Source of the DNA: Antedon mediterranea
Lineage: Eukaryota > Animalia > Echinodermata
Direction: 5' to 3'
NCBI RefSeq assembly: GCF_964355755.1
Contig: NC_092670.1
Span: 19,206,795-19,270,794 of the forward strand
Length of the DNA stretch: 64,000 nt
Shown: positions 50,301 to 60,913 of the stretch, in pieces
Layout of the letters: every line of letters begins with the position of its first letter
Position numbering within the stretch: the first letter of the stretch is position 1
Made by a program: the position numbers and the translations under genes
The notes under the pieces: generated by a model
Database searches by the model: none
Told to the model about the DNA's origin: nothing
Seen by the model: the letters and a program-made list of their open reading frames with translations, nothing else

Positions 50301-53300
50301 CAGAGATCGAGATATGAAAGATCAAGGTAGCACTTTTCTATTGTGTATTTTCTAGTAGGAGTGTTTATTTCTTGATGTTAAAGCTCAGGTACAGGCATGA
50401 ATTTTAAATATAATATCTGGTTAATTGTACATAAATCCAATATTTGTAACAGAAATCAAGACGAAAAACCATGAATTTCCCTAATATGGTCAAATACAAA
50501 ATTTGGCAAAATTCTGCCAAAAAAACCAGGAAGACCTTTTTTCTGTAGTTAGGTAGTTAACATAATGTAATAACATGTCTGGTGACTCCCTAGAAGGTGA
50601 AAAAAGATGGTGGATATACGGTGGATAATTTTTGCTATACAGTAGTAGCATGAAAATAAAATTCTGAAGTTGAATAAAAATACCAGAAATGTAAAATTCA
50701 AGTTATATTACCTATATTTAGTCATATAACATTTTTTACCACACCGTTTATTTTTCATAGCTTTTTAAAATACCTCTCTATTTTCAAAATTTGTGTACAA
50801 AAGAATAGAGATTTTACTGTGTAATTTGAACTATCCCCCACTGATATGAAAGTGCTAATTTTCAAAAAGCTCCTGTAACACAAATAAAATCCCAAAAATT
50901 ATGAAACATAGGGGAAACTATAGATCGATAATTATTGGAATGTATGATCAATAGAAATTTTTTGCCCGCACCTGGCCTTTAATACTATATGTATTTTTCT
51001 TATTAGTTAAAACCATTTGTAAGGTGATGTGTATGCAAGCATTGCATAATGGTCGTCTTGGCTCAGCCTTGTCGTGGTGCATGCAGTCAAAAGATGCAGC
51101 CTTTGCCACTTATTTGTCGGAGAAGTTCTTGGCCGAGTACACAACAACTGGTGATTTCTCAAACTTGGACTTGATTGACAATCTAGGGCCTGGCATGCTT
51201 CTGAGTGATAGGCTTACATTTCTTGGTGAGTTGGTTAAATCGTTAATTCTAAAGCTCTGTCTACACTATCAAACTTTATGTGACAAAAAATGTGATGTGC
51301 CCATATATGGACATGATGATGTCGTATTACTACCATATTTAAACTTATCACTACCATATTTGGCCACATCGCACACCTTTTTTTGTCAAACTAGTTTGAT
51401 AGTGTAGGCACAGCTTTACAGTAGTTTGTATTGTATAGATAGATCTTATAATTTTGTTTACATTTTATTTAAAGGAAAATATCGAGAATTTCACCGTCTC
51501 TACGAAAGTGGTAATTTTAGAGAGGGTGCATCGCTCTTGTTATCATTACTATCAGCCAAACTGGCACCAAAGAAGTAAGTGCAATATACTCTACATTGAA
51601 TCTTTATATTGTTCTAAAAGTATATTTTTATCTTATATAGTTCTAATTTCAGGAATCATTCACTGATAAATTATTTAAAGCTGTATTTTTATTACGTCTT
51701 CTAAAGCAGTATTAAAATAAAAAGCTTTAAAATTAACTTTCAATTACATACTTAATGCAGTTGGTTAAATCAGCTAACAAGTATATTTAAGAAGCATAAA
51801 GGAGAAAACCACTAAATGTACAGTATTTTAATGAAGATTGCAAATAACTGTTAGTTGCAGCATGAGGCTGTGTCCAAACACGGTCATTCTGTTCTAGATT
51901 CAAAATGGCAATATTTGTAAAAGACTGTCCTTCCGACCCTTGACCCAAGCCTGCTGTAATGATCACACCGTTTTTCATCAGATTTGTTCGTAAAGCAACA
52001 TTCTGATCTTTTTTCTGACTAGTGAAACTGAAAACATATGTTCCAGGAATTTGACACAAAAAAAAACCAGTTTCTGCACTGTAATGATCACCAACATTTG
52101 TTATAATGTTGTCGTATTTCATCGGACCAACAACTTCAAAGCTTGAATAGCTGTATGCAACTGTAAATGCTGACTTGCGTTGAATTTCTTCTCTGAGTGG
52201 TCCTTGTGGGCCCTTAGGTCCTAACTTACCAGGCGCTCCAGCATCCCCTTTCTGGCATTGTACACCAACTATTCCATCTGACCCTTTTTCTCCTTTCTGA
52301 CCTGGGTTGCCAGTATTTCCAGGGTTGCCTGGGTTGCCCGGATTACCAGGAATTGCAGTACAACAGTTGCTGCATGTTTCTGCAGTAGCACATGTTTCAT
52401 AAAATAGTTTCAATATGACTGCCAATCCAAACAATTTATCGTTAACCAACATATTGTATCTAAAATGATGAAATTTAAAATGATAATTTGTCTACTTTAG
52501 GGTCCAACCTTTGTAGTTCCTTAATATACTGGTATTGTAGTGGTTTTAACAACAACAAAACTTTTAAGTTATTTTTTAACAACAAAGTTGAAATCATAAC
52601 GTCTAAAAAATGTACAACATACCTTATTTGAAGATATTCACTTGTTGCTTAGTGCTTTGTGTATGTAAAAGTAGCGAATGAACTACTGTACTGATAAACT
52701 GTAGTTCTTATTTTGTATAATTACTATACAAAACACTTAGAACCAGGATGCTTTTTCTTCCTTATTGCAATTAAAGGAGCATGTCTGAAGAATTTACATA
52801 CAAGTACTGTATTGCTTTATGAAGCAGAAATAACAAATCTATTAATGTGTGTTTAAAAATCCATCCCACATTTCCTAATAAAATAGTATGTATGTTAGTT
52901 AATTCTCTGCTGCAAAGCTATAGGTAATGTATTTTGACAGCATGTAATGTTGAATTGAATTGTGTTATGCGCCCTTTAATACATTATAAGATTAAAAGTT
53001 TTCATGTTATAATAATTATAACAAAACTCTTGTAATCTATTGTTCTTCTTATCTTTTCCTGCATTCCTTGATTCGGAAGTAACTAATTTTGTTTGTTCTT
53101 GAGTGGAATAAACTGGAATGAACTGGAATAAACAGCTTCATTGTAATAACATGGATCTATTATAGGTTCATGGTAATTAAACCAGAACACACACATCATG
53201 GAGCTCCATGCACACATTAAGCTCTGTCTACAATATCAAACTTTATGTGACAAAAAAATGTGATGTTGCCAAATATGGACATGATGATGTCATATCACTA

Positions 53301-55172
53301 CCATATTTAAGCATATCACTACCATATTTGGGCACATCACATGTTTTTTGTCACAAAGTTTGATAGTGTAAACACAGCCTTAAACTTTGATCATCCCTTT
53401 TTCAGATTCTGGTTGACTTTACTGACTGATGCCCTTCCATTGTTAGAGCTACAAGATGTGATATTATCTAGTAAACAAACTTATGAACTTATGCACAGTC
53501 TACAAGAATGTCGTGACTATCATACTCAACTCTACACTGATGAAGAATATTTAAATAAACACAAGGTATCACAGATTAGTTCCAGAAGGTCACTGCATGC
53601 TAATCAGCTCTGACCTTTACTCTCTGACCTTTACTCACCCACATGCAATTTTGCTGACTTAACTATTACAAAACCTTGCCATCATTTACCTCCGCCAAGG
53701 AGGTATATGTAATCGGTAGCGTGTGTTTGTTTGTTTGTTTGTTAGCAGGATTACTCAAAAAGTAATTACAAGATCTTTACCAAAATGAGTAGACAGATAG
53801 ATATGTGGTCAAGGACCATTCCATTAAATTTTGGGACCATTTGGGACCACAGTCCGAATTCTGGACCACTTTTTAGTATACTTTTTTAGACCTGCTAGTG
53901 TTAAAAGATAGGACAAAATTTTTCAAAAGCCGGCGAGCAGTCTTAAAGTAACAAGTAAACTTTAATTGCATTTTCTCGAAAACTACTTGTCCAAAAAACT
54001 TCATTTTTTAACAAGAGGCAAGAGTTATAATTTGTGATTTGTAATTTTAAAACATAATTTGATTTAATGTGCACGTTTTTTGATGCGAGTAGTTTAAAAA
54101 ACCTATTTCTTTTCAAATTCACTCGTTTGATTTTCGCGTTGCTGTTCTATTGTTAGTCAACTGAAGCTACTGTTAATTGAAAGGCTTGTTACATAACCAT
54201 TACACCAAACTCGCATACACATGCTTGTAATGAAATTAGCCTAAATCACAAACAGCATTAAGACACACACAAATATATATATATATTGTTTTTACCGGAG
54301 AAATCTTATGTAGGAGAATTTTACAGTAGGCAGAGGTATGCCCTCTCGGAGTGGCTTTCTAGTTTATTATCTGCTGTTGTTTATTACAGTATATAACTTA
54401 CGGAACTGTAGTAGGGTTTTGCTAATCATTGTACACAAAACCTCAGCTTTTATAAACTCTTGTCCACAACAGCTTTAATTCCGATCTGAAATACTTATCT
54501 GAATACATCCTATAAAAATCTCGGTGAGGCATGTAAGGTTTAATCTGAACAGGATTAGAACCCAGGGCCCAAACATACATTCATTCTTTTCCACATATTT
54601 GATTCAATTCTTGCAAACATTAAAAGCATATTACTTGCGTTGTATGTAAGTTAGTTTGTTTACACTACAGTATAACTTCCAAGATATCCAGAAATTAGCT
54701 ATAGGCCTATAATACCAACATATCATGCCTGGTCTGTACATGGAGGTATAAAATACCTCCATGGTCTGTATCTTCAATATGGGCCGAAATATTAAATAGC
54801 GAACCACGTTTTCAACAAATATTTTCACCCTCGATAAACCATTTTCAATTCAGTTGAGATCCTTATGTTTTATGGCCCTTCACTCTAATTTTTAATTGCT
54901 CATTTTACTTATTTCATGGATTACTTTTATTTTTATGTGAAGCGCAAGAGGCTTTATGCATTATTAATTCCAAATTTATTATTATTATGTTGCTCTCTGC
55001 ATTTTGTTAAGTATTTTGCTCAGTTTTTGACTGCTTAATTTATTTCAACATATTTTTTATCCTTGTTTTTCAGGGTGCTTTTCATGCAGAGAAGGAGAAA
55101 ATAGAACTTTTGCAATTGGCACTTGCAAGGAATTTAGCCAAAGCCATCTTGGAAGAGGCATCATCTAGCTGA
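44343..55172 (+). CDS. NUP85: Nuclear pore complex protein Nup85
   Basis: Exon peptides [32 protein letters not shown] (45811-45924), [66 protein letters not shown]...[27 protein letters not shown]; last exon 55074-55172 [17 protein letters not shown]. Confidence 0.93.
47826..48363. mobile_element. Tc2/pogo-like MITE with an expanded ~20-bp subterminal tandem array (AGTATAATCCCACGCTCG)
   Basis: About 18-20 units at 47864-48222. Imperfect terminal inverted repeats CTGTATATG...GAGTATAA and GGGCTATAATCGGGTCATATACAG-TA. Confidence 0.6.
49155..49410 (+). mobile_element. SINE copy with a ~55-bp internal deletion
   Basis: Same head and 3' part as 7349 and 25173; lacks the GTAGAACGAG...GGTCCAGT segment. 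Confidence 0.85.
49653..50119. repeat. ~107-bp direct repeats (49653-49759 and 50011-50119; period ~358 bp) enclosing the tRNA-like sequence
   Basis: ATATATAAACACAAGAGGCAAAGAACATTAATTCTAAACCGCCCGGTGATA...GAAATCTGTGAGAATGAGAAA occurs twice, nearly identical. Confidence 0.9.
49764..49835 (-). tRNA. tRNA-Asp(ATC)-like gene, probably a pseudogene or repeat-borne
   Basis: Minus strand GCCCCAG TG GTCT-AATGGTTA-GGAC A TCTGC-ATATCAA-GCAGG CGGT CCGAG-TTTGAGT-CTCGG TTGGGGC G folds into a complete cloverleaf and is followed by TTTTT. The T-loop has TTTG instead of TTCG. Confidence 0.65.
50382..50978. mobile_element. TTAA-flanked TIR element (Kolobok-like, non-autonomous)
   Basis: TTAA-AGCTCAGGTACAGGCATGAATTT ... 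AAATTTTTTGCCCGCACCTGGCCT-TTAA. Confidence 0.6.
51253..51414. mobile_element. Harbinger-like MITE copy
   Basis: Both TIRs present. Confidence 0.82.
51787..52452 (-). CDS. Secreted collagen-repeat / C1q-domain protein (C1qDC / C1QTNF-like), nested in a NUP85 intron
   Basis: 221-aa single-exon ORF: hydrophobic N-terminus, Cys-rich linker, Gly-X-Y repeats ([22 protein letters not shown]...), C1q motifs [18 protein letters not shown]...[17 protein letters not shown]...[12 protein letters not shown]. Confidence 0.9.
   Translation of the reverse strand: MLVNDKLFGLAVILKLFYETCATAETCSNCCTAIPGNPGNPGNPGNTGNPGQKGEKGSDGIVGVQCQKGDAGAPGKLGPKGPQGPLREEIQRKSAFTVAYSYSSFEVVGPMKYDNIITNVGDHYSAETGFFLCQIPGTYVFSFTSQKKDQNVALRTNLMKNGVIITAGLGQGSEGQSFTNIAILNLEQNDRVWTQPHAATNSYLQSSLKYCTFSGFLLYAS
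53190..53217. mobile_element. 14-bp palindrome with 7-bp target-site duplication (same family)
   Basis: CACACAT-CATGGAGCTCCATG-CACACAT. Confidence 0.65.
53220..53380. mobile_element. Harbinger-like MITE copy
   Basis: Both TIRs present. Confidence 0.82.
53685..54364 (+). mobile_element. Helentron/DINE-1(HINE)-like non-autonomous element
   Basis: TTTACCTCCGCCAAGGAGGT 5' end, (GTTT)n microsatellite, 3' subterminal inverted repeat GGCAGAGGTA followed by a short stem-loop and T-rich flank. Confidence 0.65.
54732..54770. mobile_element. 25-bp palindrome with 7-bp target-site duplication (same family)
   Basis: GTCTGTA-CATGGAGGTATAAAATACCTCCATG-GTCTGTA. Confidence 0.7.
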
Positions 55173-56858
55173 GACTAACAAAAGAACACCTTTTTTGAGG
55201 ATATAAAAACAGTTGGTGTATGTGATCGAGGACTTTTCTATTCAGAATAATGTTTTCTACACAGTATGTAGGTACTGCATACATACTCTACAAACAATGT
55301 TGCGTTGACTAAGATATACAATTCGAATAGAAAATAATAGTTAATTTCTGTTGAGCACAAAAGTTACCAATTGAATATGCCACATTCCAATTCTCCTGCA
55401 TATAATAGGTTATTTGGAGTAATAGACATTTTACACTGACAGTTACCATGTAACATCTAGAAAACAAGTTTACTTTAGATATATTTTGATGACATTGTAT
55501 GATCAGCTTTTGTAAATAAATGAAACAAAACTCAATAAATAAATGTCTCACTCATGTGTTTTTATTAATAATAATGTTATGTCTGTGTAAATTTTATTTG
55601 ATTCATAAAGAGTATATTCTTGGAAAAGTGAGTATGTGTAAGTTGATCAATATATATTTGAATATGTATAATCAGTTATCTACTGCTTTATATCAATTCA
55701 TATATACTATTTATAATATATTAAACTACATAAGACCAAACAAAATTGTTTTATTTGTTTAAAAAAGGTACTTTCGTATTTACGAGGCAGGACCGTACAT
55801 GATCATTTTAAATGCACGAACACGCACGGTCCACAGAATCAATTAATTCGATCTATTTACAATACTTATGTTGATAATAGTTTACTTTGTAACTAAGCAA
55901 CCATTCTTCCAAATATGGAAGAAGACATTTTACAAACGTTCCGCGAAAGTTCACTGTGTTTTCTTTCAACGTTGTTCGCAAATACCGATTGAAATATAAT
56001 GATTGTTAATAATTTTTCAAATGAACTAACATTGTTTGTTCAAATTTATTGGAATTTTATATTTTTTGTGTTTATTTAGAACTATTTTACGTTAAAGTGA
56101 GCAACAGTACTCAAGTAAGACAAACGTTGTAAAATTAAGATTGGTGGCGCTCTACATAACAATAATATACAAGGCGACGATAAACTAACTGGCAGAGACA
56201 CAGGTGTACGAAGATTATACAGAATAAACAACAGTAGTTGTAAGTTACCTATATTTCTGTATTCTTCATCTAATACAACATTACTTAAATTAATCATTTA
56301 GTTGATGTTTATGCTTAAATCTGTAATTGCAACACGTTTTGTGGTCGTAAAAGTTATCTCCATACTTAGGCCACCAGATCATTAGCTCACGTTGTATTTT
56401 AAGTAGTGCTTAAGACGACCACTTGCTGTGTGAGTTGGTTTATCCATCAAAGTTGTTTGGCGCAGCTCAGTTGGTTCTTTGCAGAAATTGTTATTCATTC
56501 ATCTTATACTTTTGTACATTATTGCATGTATTTGTATGATACATTTAACCTAATAACTTGCAGGAATTGTGGTAATATATAAATGTCATTCTGTCTTTTT
56601 CTGTGCAAATAATAAATTGTGAAATGAATCTTAAATAAATCTACAAAATGATGTATAAGTTTTTGTTCTCAACTTTATTTTTCAGGCTTTAACCAACAAC
56701 TTTATATTTATATAGCATTTTTTCTATTTTCAGACAACTTACCATGGCTTAGCTTGAAACTTGATAGTTTCATTCCAACATTTAAAGTCGTACAGTAATA
56801 GTACTAAACAAAATCTGCACGATGACCTAACAAGCTATTAAAGGTGGTGACGATCACC

Positions 56859-59800
56859 ATGGCAATTAAAAACTCGGAATGGAAGGACATGCAATTTACG
56901 GTAAGATATTTTTTTTTGACAATATCTTTATTATCATTACTATTAATATTTGTTTCTGTATTAGATATAATTGGTAATGGTTTTAGATTTAAAAAGTGCA
57001 AACAAAAGGGGAAAATGGTAAACTGGAGTATGAGACTAATTAACTGGTTAATTAATAAAAACAGGCAATTATAGACAAAACAACTGAAGTTTTAGATATT
57101 TTAAATTCTTTTGGTTGGTGAAAACTTGGTAATAAAACAACATGTTTTAATATTATATATTACAAGAACTATGTTTTTATCAAAAAATTTTGTGAGATAA
57201 TGTAAAATTTCCATCGAAGACAATTTACAAATTAAACATATAAAACGTAGTTTACTGTAACTTATGTAATAATTATAATGGTTAATGGTTATAGATTTAA
57301 AAAGTGCAAACAAACAGGAATATTAGAATTGTAAAATTTGCCAGCACCAGAACTGAAGTATGGGAATACGTTCTCATTCAAACTAAGTAACTTTAATTAA
57401 CACCAGGGCATTTGCTATCCTAGTAAATCTAACAGCCAGAAACAGACAAGCAGTTATGGGCAAAACAACTGAACTTTTAGATTTTTTTAATTCCTTGGTG
57501 TTGGTGAAAAGTAATAAAAAACATGTTTTAATATTATTAGGACAAGAACTAAATATATTTATCCAAGATTTTGTAAGATCATGTAACAAAAATTATCAAA
57601 ATGACAATTTACAAATTAAAAAACATAGTTTACTATAATTTATACAATATTTTTATTTATTTATAATAAAAATGTTAAATCATGTTTTATTAATTGATAT
57701 GAGACTGTATAGAGACAGTGAATGACTGTATTGTCTGATTTTATAAATTCTTTTATATATAATTGTCAAAGTCCAAAAGACATTTTATACCTCTTTTGCA
57801 TTTAAACCCCTTATCCTACGAACACTGTGTGTTTGATCATGTAATCTATTCAATAGATTTGAGTATCTTTTTATTTACCCATTTTGTTTGATTATGATTC
57901 CTTATAAGTGGCTTATATTTGTTGAGTTATATTTAATAGCTTTAACAAAATATATTTATCCAACTTACTTTTGCGGAATTATTGATTACTGTTCAGACTT
58001 TTAAAATAAAGTTAAGCATTTTGACATTTCATACAGGTTGCTGTCCGTATTCGTCCGTTGATGCCATCAGAAATAGAAGCTGGGGCGTCAACAATTGCAC
58101 ACACCATAGAATCAAATGTAAGTTATGGATACTAAAATTTAAAGATGTATTGTCCCCCCGAAGAAATTTTTTTTCTCAATTTTTTTTTAATATGCCATTT
58201 TAATGTCACATAATAGTTATTCACTTTAAACAAAAACTGGACCGAAAAAAAAAATATTTACCTAAAACAAAGTAATTTAAAGCAAAAAATACTTAAATTG
58301 TCTTAAATGGTTTTTGGTTAAAATTAAATCTTTCTTTTGTCTTTTATAAGTGAAATAATAATTGTTTTTGTTTAAGAAGAAATTTACAGAACAGAATAAC
58401 TTTATTAAAACTGAAAAATGGCCCATTTAAAGTCTGATTTTATTAATCTTCATTTTTCATGTTTTTAGGGGAAAATACATCTTTAATATAGTACATTTAC
58501 CAGTAAAAGATAACTTTAACCTTTTTCTTTTATCTATTGGTTTATCGAATGAAAACTTGATCAAAATATTAAAGTGTGATGTCATAATTACACTGTCACT
58601 GTAGACCTACTTATTCTCTAGAAAATCCTTCGTTGTAAATAGCATTCATATTTTTAATTCTAATGTAAGACGTTAATGCAATTTTTAATAGTTTTACATT
58701 TTTAACAGTATTTTTAACTTTTTATCTTGTATTTTTAATCTGTTATCATACTGCACGTTTTTAAATTGTTGCTATACTGTTGTTTTAATCTACCAAGCAA
58801 AGTGAATTTTATGGACAAATAAAATTTCTTGAATCTTGAATTCTCTTGAATCTCTTGTGGGTCTTGAACCCACTGCCTACTGTTCACATCACTAGCCTGC
58901 CATTCATACCAAGGTTTCACTGATGATTTAAGCCAAAATAACATCTGACCAGTTTCCTTAACTCCTTTCTACATCACAGTTAGTTCACAGTCAAACGATT
59001 ATCTCTAATGCAAGATTATTTGTTAACTTGTTCTGTAAATTGCCTTAACAGAAATTCAATAAATTTAAATTAATTTCACATAAGCCTGGTTATGGCTTTT
59101 GATCTTCATAACATCCAATTTATTTTGACATATTTTCTGGTTTGCTGTTGGGTATCACATAGACTCTCTTATGCGCGGAACTGACATGACGTTTTTCCTG
59201 ATTGATTAATCGCACCAGATCAGTTGCGGAACAAAAACGTTTCCTTCAAGCACAATGTCTTGTCTTTTGGAGCATGAAGATTTTGACGTCACATATTTAT
59301 TTACGCCCTATGCAATTACAACGAGACATTAAAGACAGGTGTTTGCGTTATATTTGATAGCAAAATAATATTAATTGCATATAACTGGAATTTTTTCATA
59401 TAGCGCCTACCCCAAGCAACCTCAAAGCAACCTACTGCCATTCCCCCTAAAGGCTTCCTCCAATCAGGGAGTTGTAAAATAAACCCTGCTCCAATGTCCC
59501 TCTCCAATAACTCTCTCTAATTTAAATTAGTTTACCACCTATACACATTTTCTTACACATACACAGTTTTATCAGCTTTAACTCTAACTTTCACTTTTTT
59601 TTGTACTAATGTTTGTTCTTTTTTGTTAGGGTTATGCTTATTTTGTATCTCATTACATTATCATATTATTTGTATTGTATTTCTATATGTTTTTATTTTG
59701 ATTATGGTTTAGTAATTGTTGTTGACGCAACGGTATATAATAAACAACAATTAATATAATTATAATGTAAAATAGCTATAGAATTTGAATATAAATGATT

Positions 59801-60913
59801 GAACTCCCAATTATTTGAAATAAGATTTTTTGTATTAGTTATCTGAGGTGCTTTGAAGCTAAGGTTTTTTCATCTTGTGAGGCTCCTCTGTGTAAAATAT
59901 TGAATAAAAAAAATGTTCAAAACTCTTAATTACCAGTCTTAAATTGAAGGTGGACATATTCACCATCACAGGGAAACACACACAAAAATATATCTAACCA
60001 TCACAGAGAAACACACAAACAAATATATCTAAGTAACTCCTTACTGTACATATTTATTTACCTAATTGAAATACTTAGTACTAAGAGAATGGTGAATATG
60101 ACCACTGTATACTTGTCCAGTTCACTTAAATTGATAACCGTAGGCTACTCTGGTCTTCAAATTCCCTGTTGCAGTGTTTTGATTAAAAAACACGGTATTT
60201 CCATAGCAACTAATTCCATACACATGGTAGTAATAATAGATTCATATTGTTGGAAAATTCCTTAAAAGGATTTAATTGGTGGAATGTTAATAGTATAGTA
60301 ATCACATTTGATTTAAACTGACGTCAACTGAAGAAATTATATGATTAAAAACAAATTTGAACAAACTACTTTAAATAATTTGTCCACAATATTGTTTGAA
60401 CCTTTTTTTGAAATAATAATTACCTTTAGCACTTTTATGTAAGATAGATTTTGTAACTTTGTTAATTGATGTTTTTAATTCGTATAAAACATTTCAACTA
60501 GACTACATGTACAGTACATAAATTAATATTGTGTTTTATATTGACATACTGTAGATACACTTTATTCATCAAAAATTGAATATTTTTGTTTTCCTTGTTA
60601 AGATATTAGGATATATAATACATTTATATTTCTTACAATTTACATTTGAATGAAAACAATTGACATTATTTTTTATTATTCTTCAGAAAAAACTTCACAC
60701 TTGATTAAAACTTACACAGTTACAAAGTTCTCATTTTTTTTATGAATTCTAAAATGATTTTTTCCCACTATGACAAGCATTATTGTGATTGTTTGTGTCT
60801 AGATGGTGGTGTTGATGGACCCAGCCGAGGATCCTGATGATGTTCTCCGAGTAAATCGTTCTCGGGAAAAGCAGTATGCATTTGACGAAGCGTTTGATAT
60901 CAAGTCTAAACAG
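56859..60913 (+). CDS. KIF19: Kinesin-8 family member KIF19, first three coding exons; gene continues beyond the window
   Basis: Not in the ORF track as spliced. Exons 56859-56900 (MAIKNSEWKDMQFT), 58037-58117 (VAVRIRPLMPSEIEAGASTIAHTIESN), 60803-60913 (MVVLMDPAEDPDDVLRVNRSREKQYAFDEAFD), all phase 0. Closely matches the KIF19 motor N-terminus. Confidence 0.87.
56975..57642. repeat. Diverged tandem duplication (~310-350 bp unit) in KIF19 intron 1
   Basis: TAGATTTAAAAAGTGCAAACAAA...CAAAACAACTGAA...GACAATTTACAAATTAAA...TAGTTTACT occurs twice. Confidence 0.75.
58143..58482. mobile_element. TTAA-flanked TIR element (Kolobok-like MITE)
   Basis: TTAA-AGATGTATTGTCCCC ... GGGGAAAATACATCT-TTAA. Confidence 0.7.
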
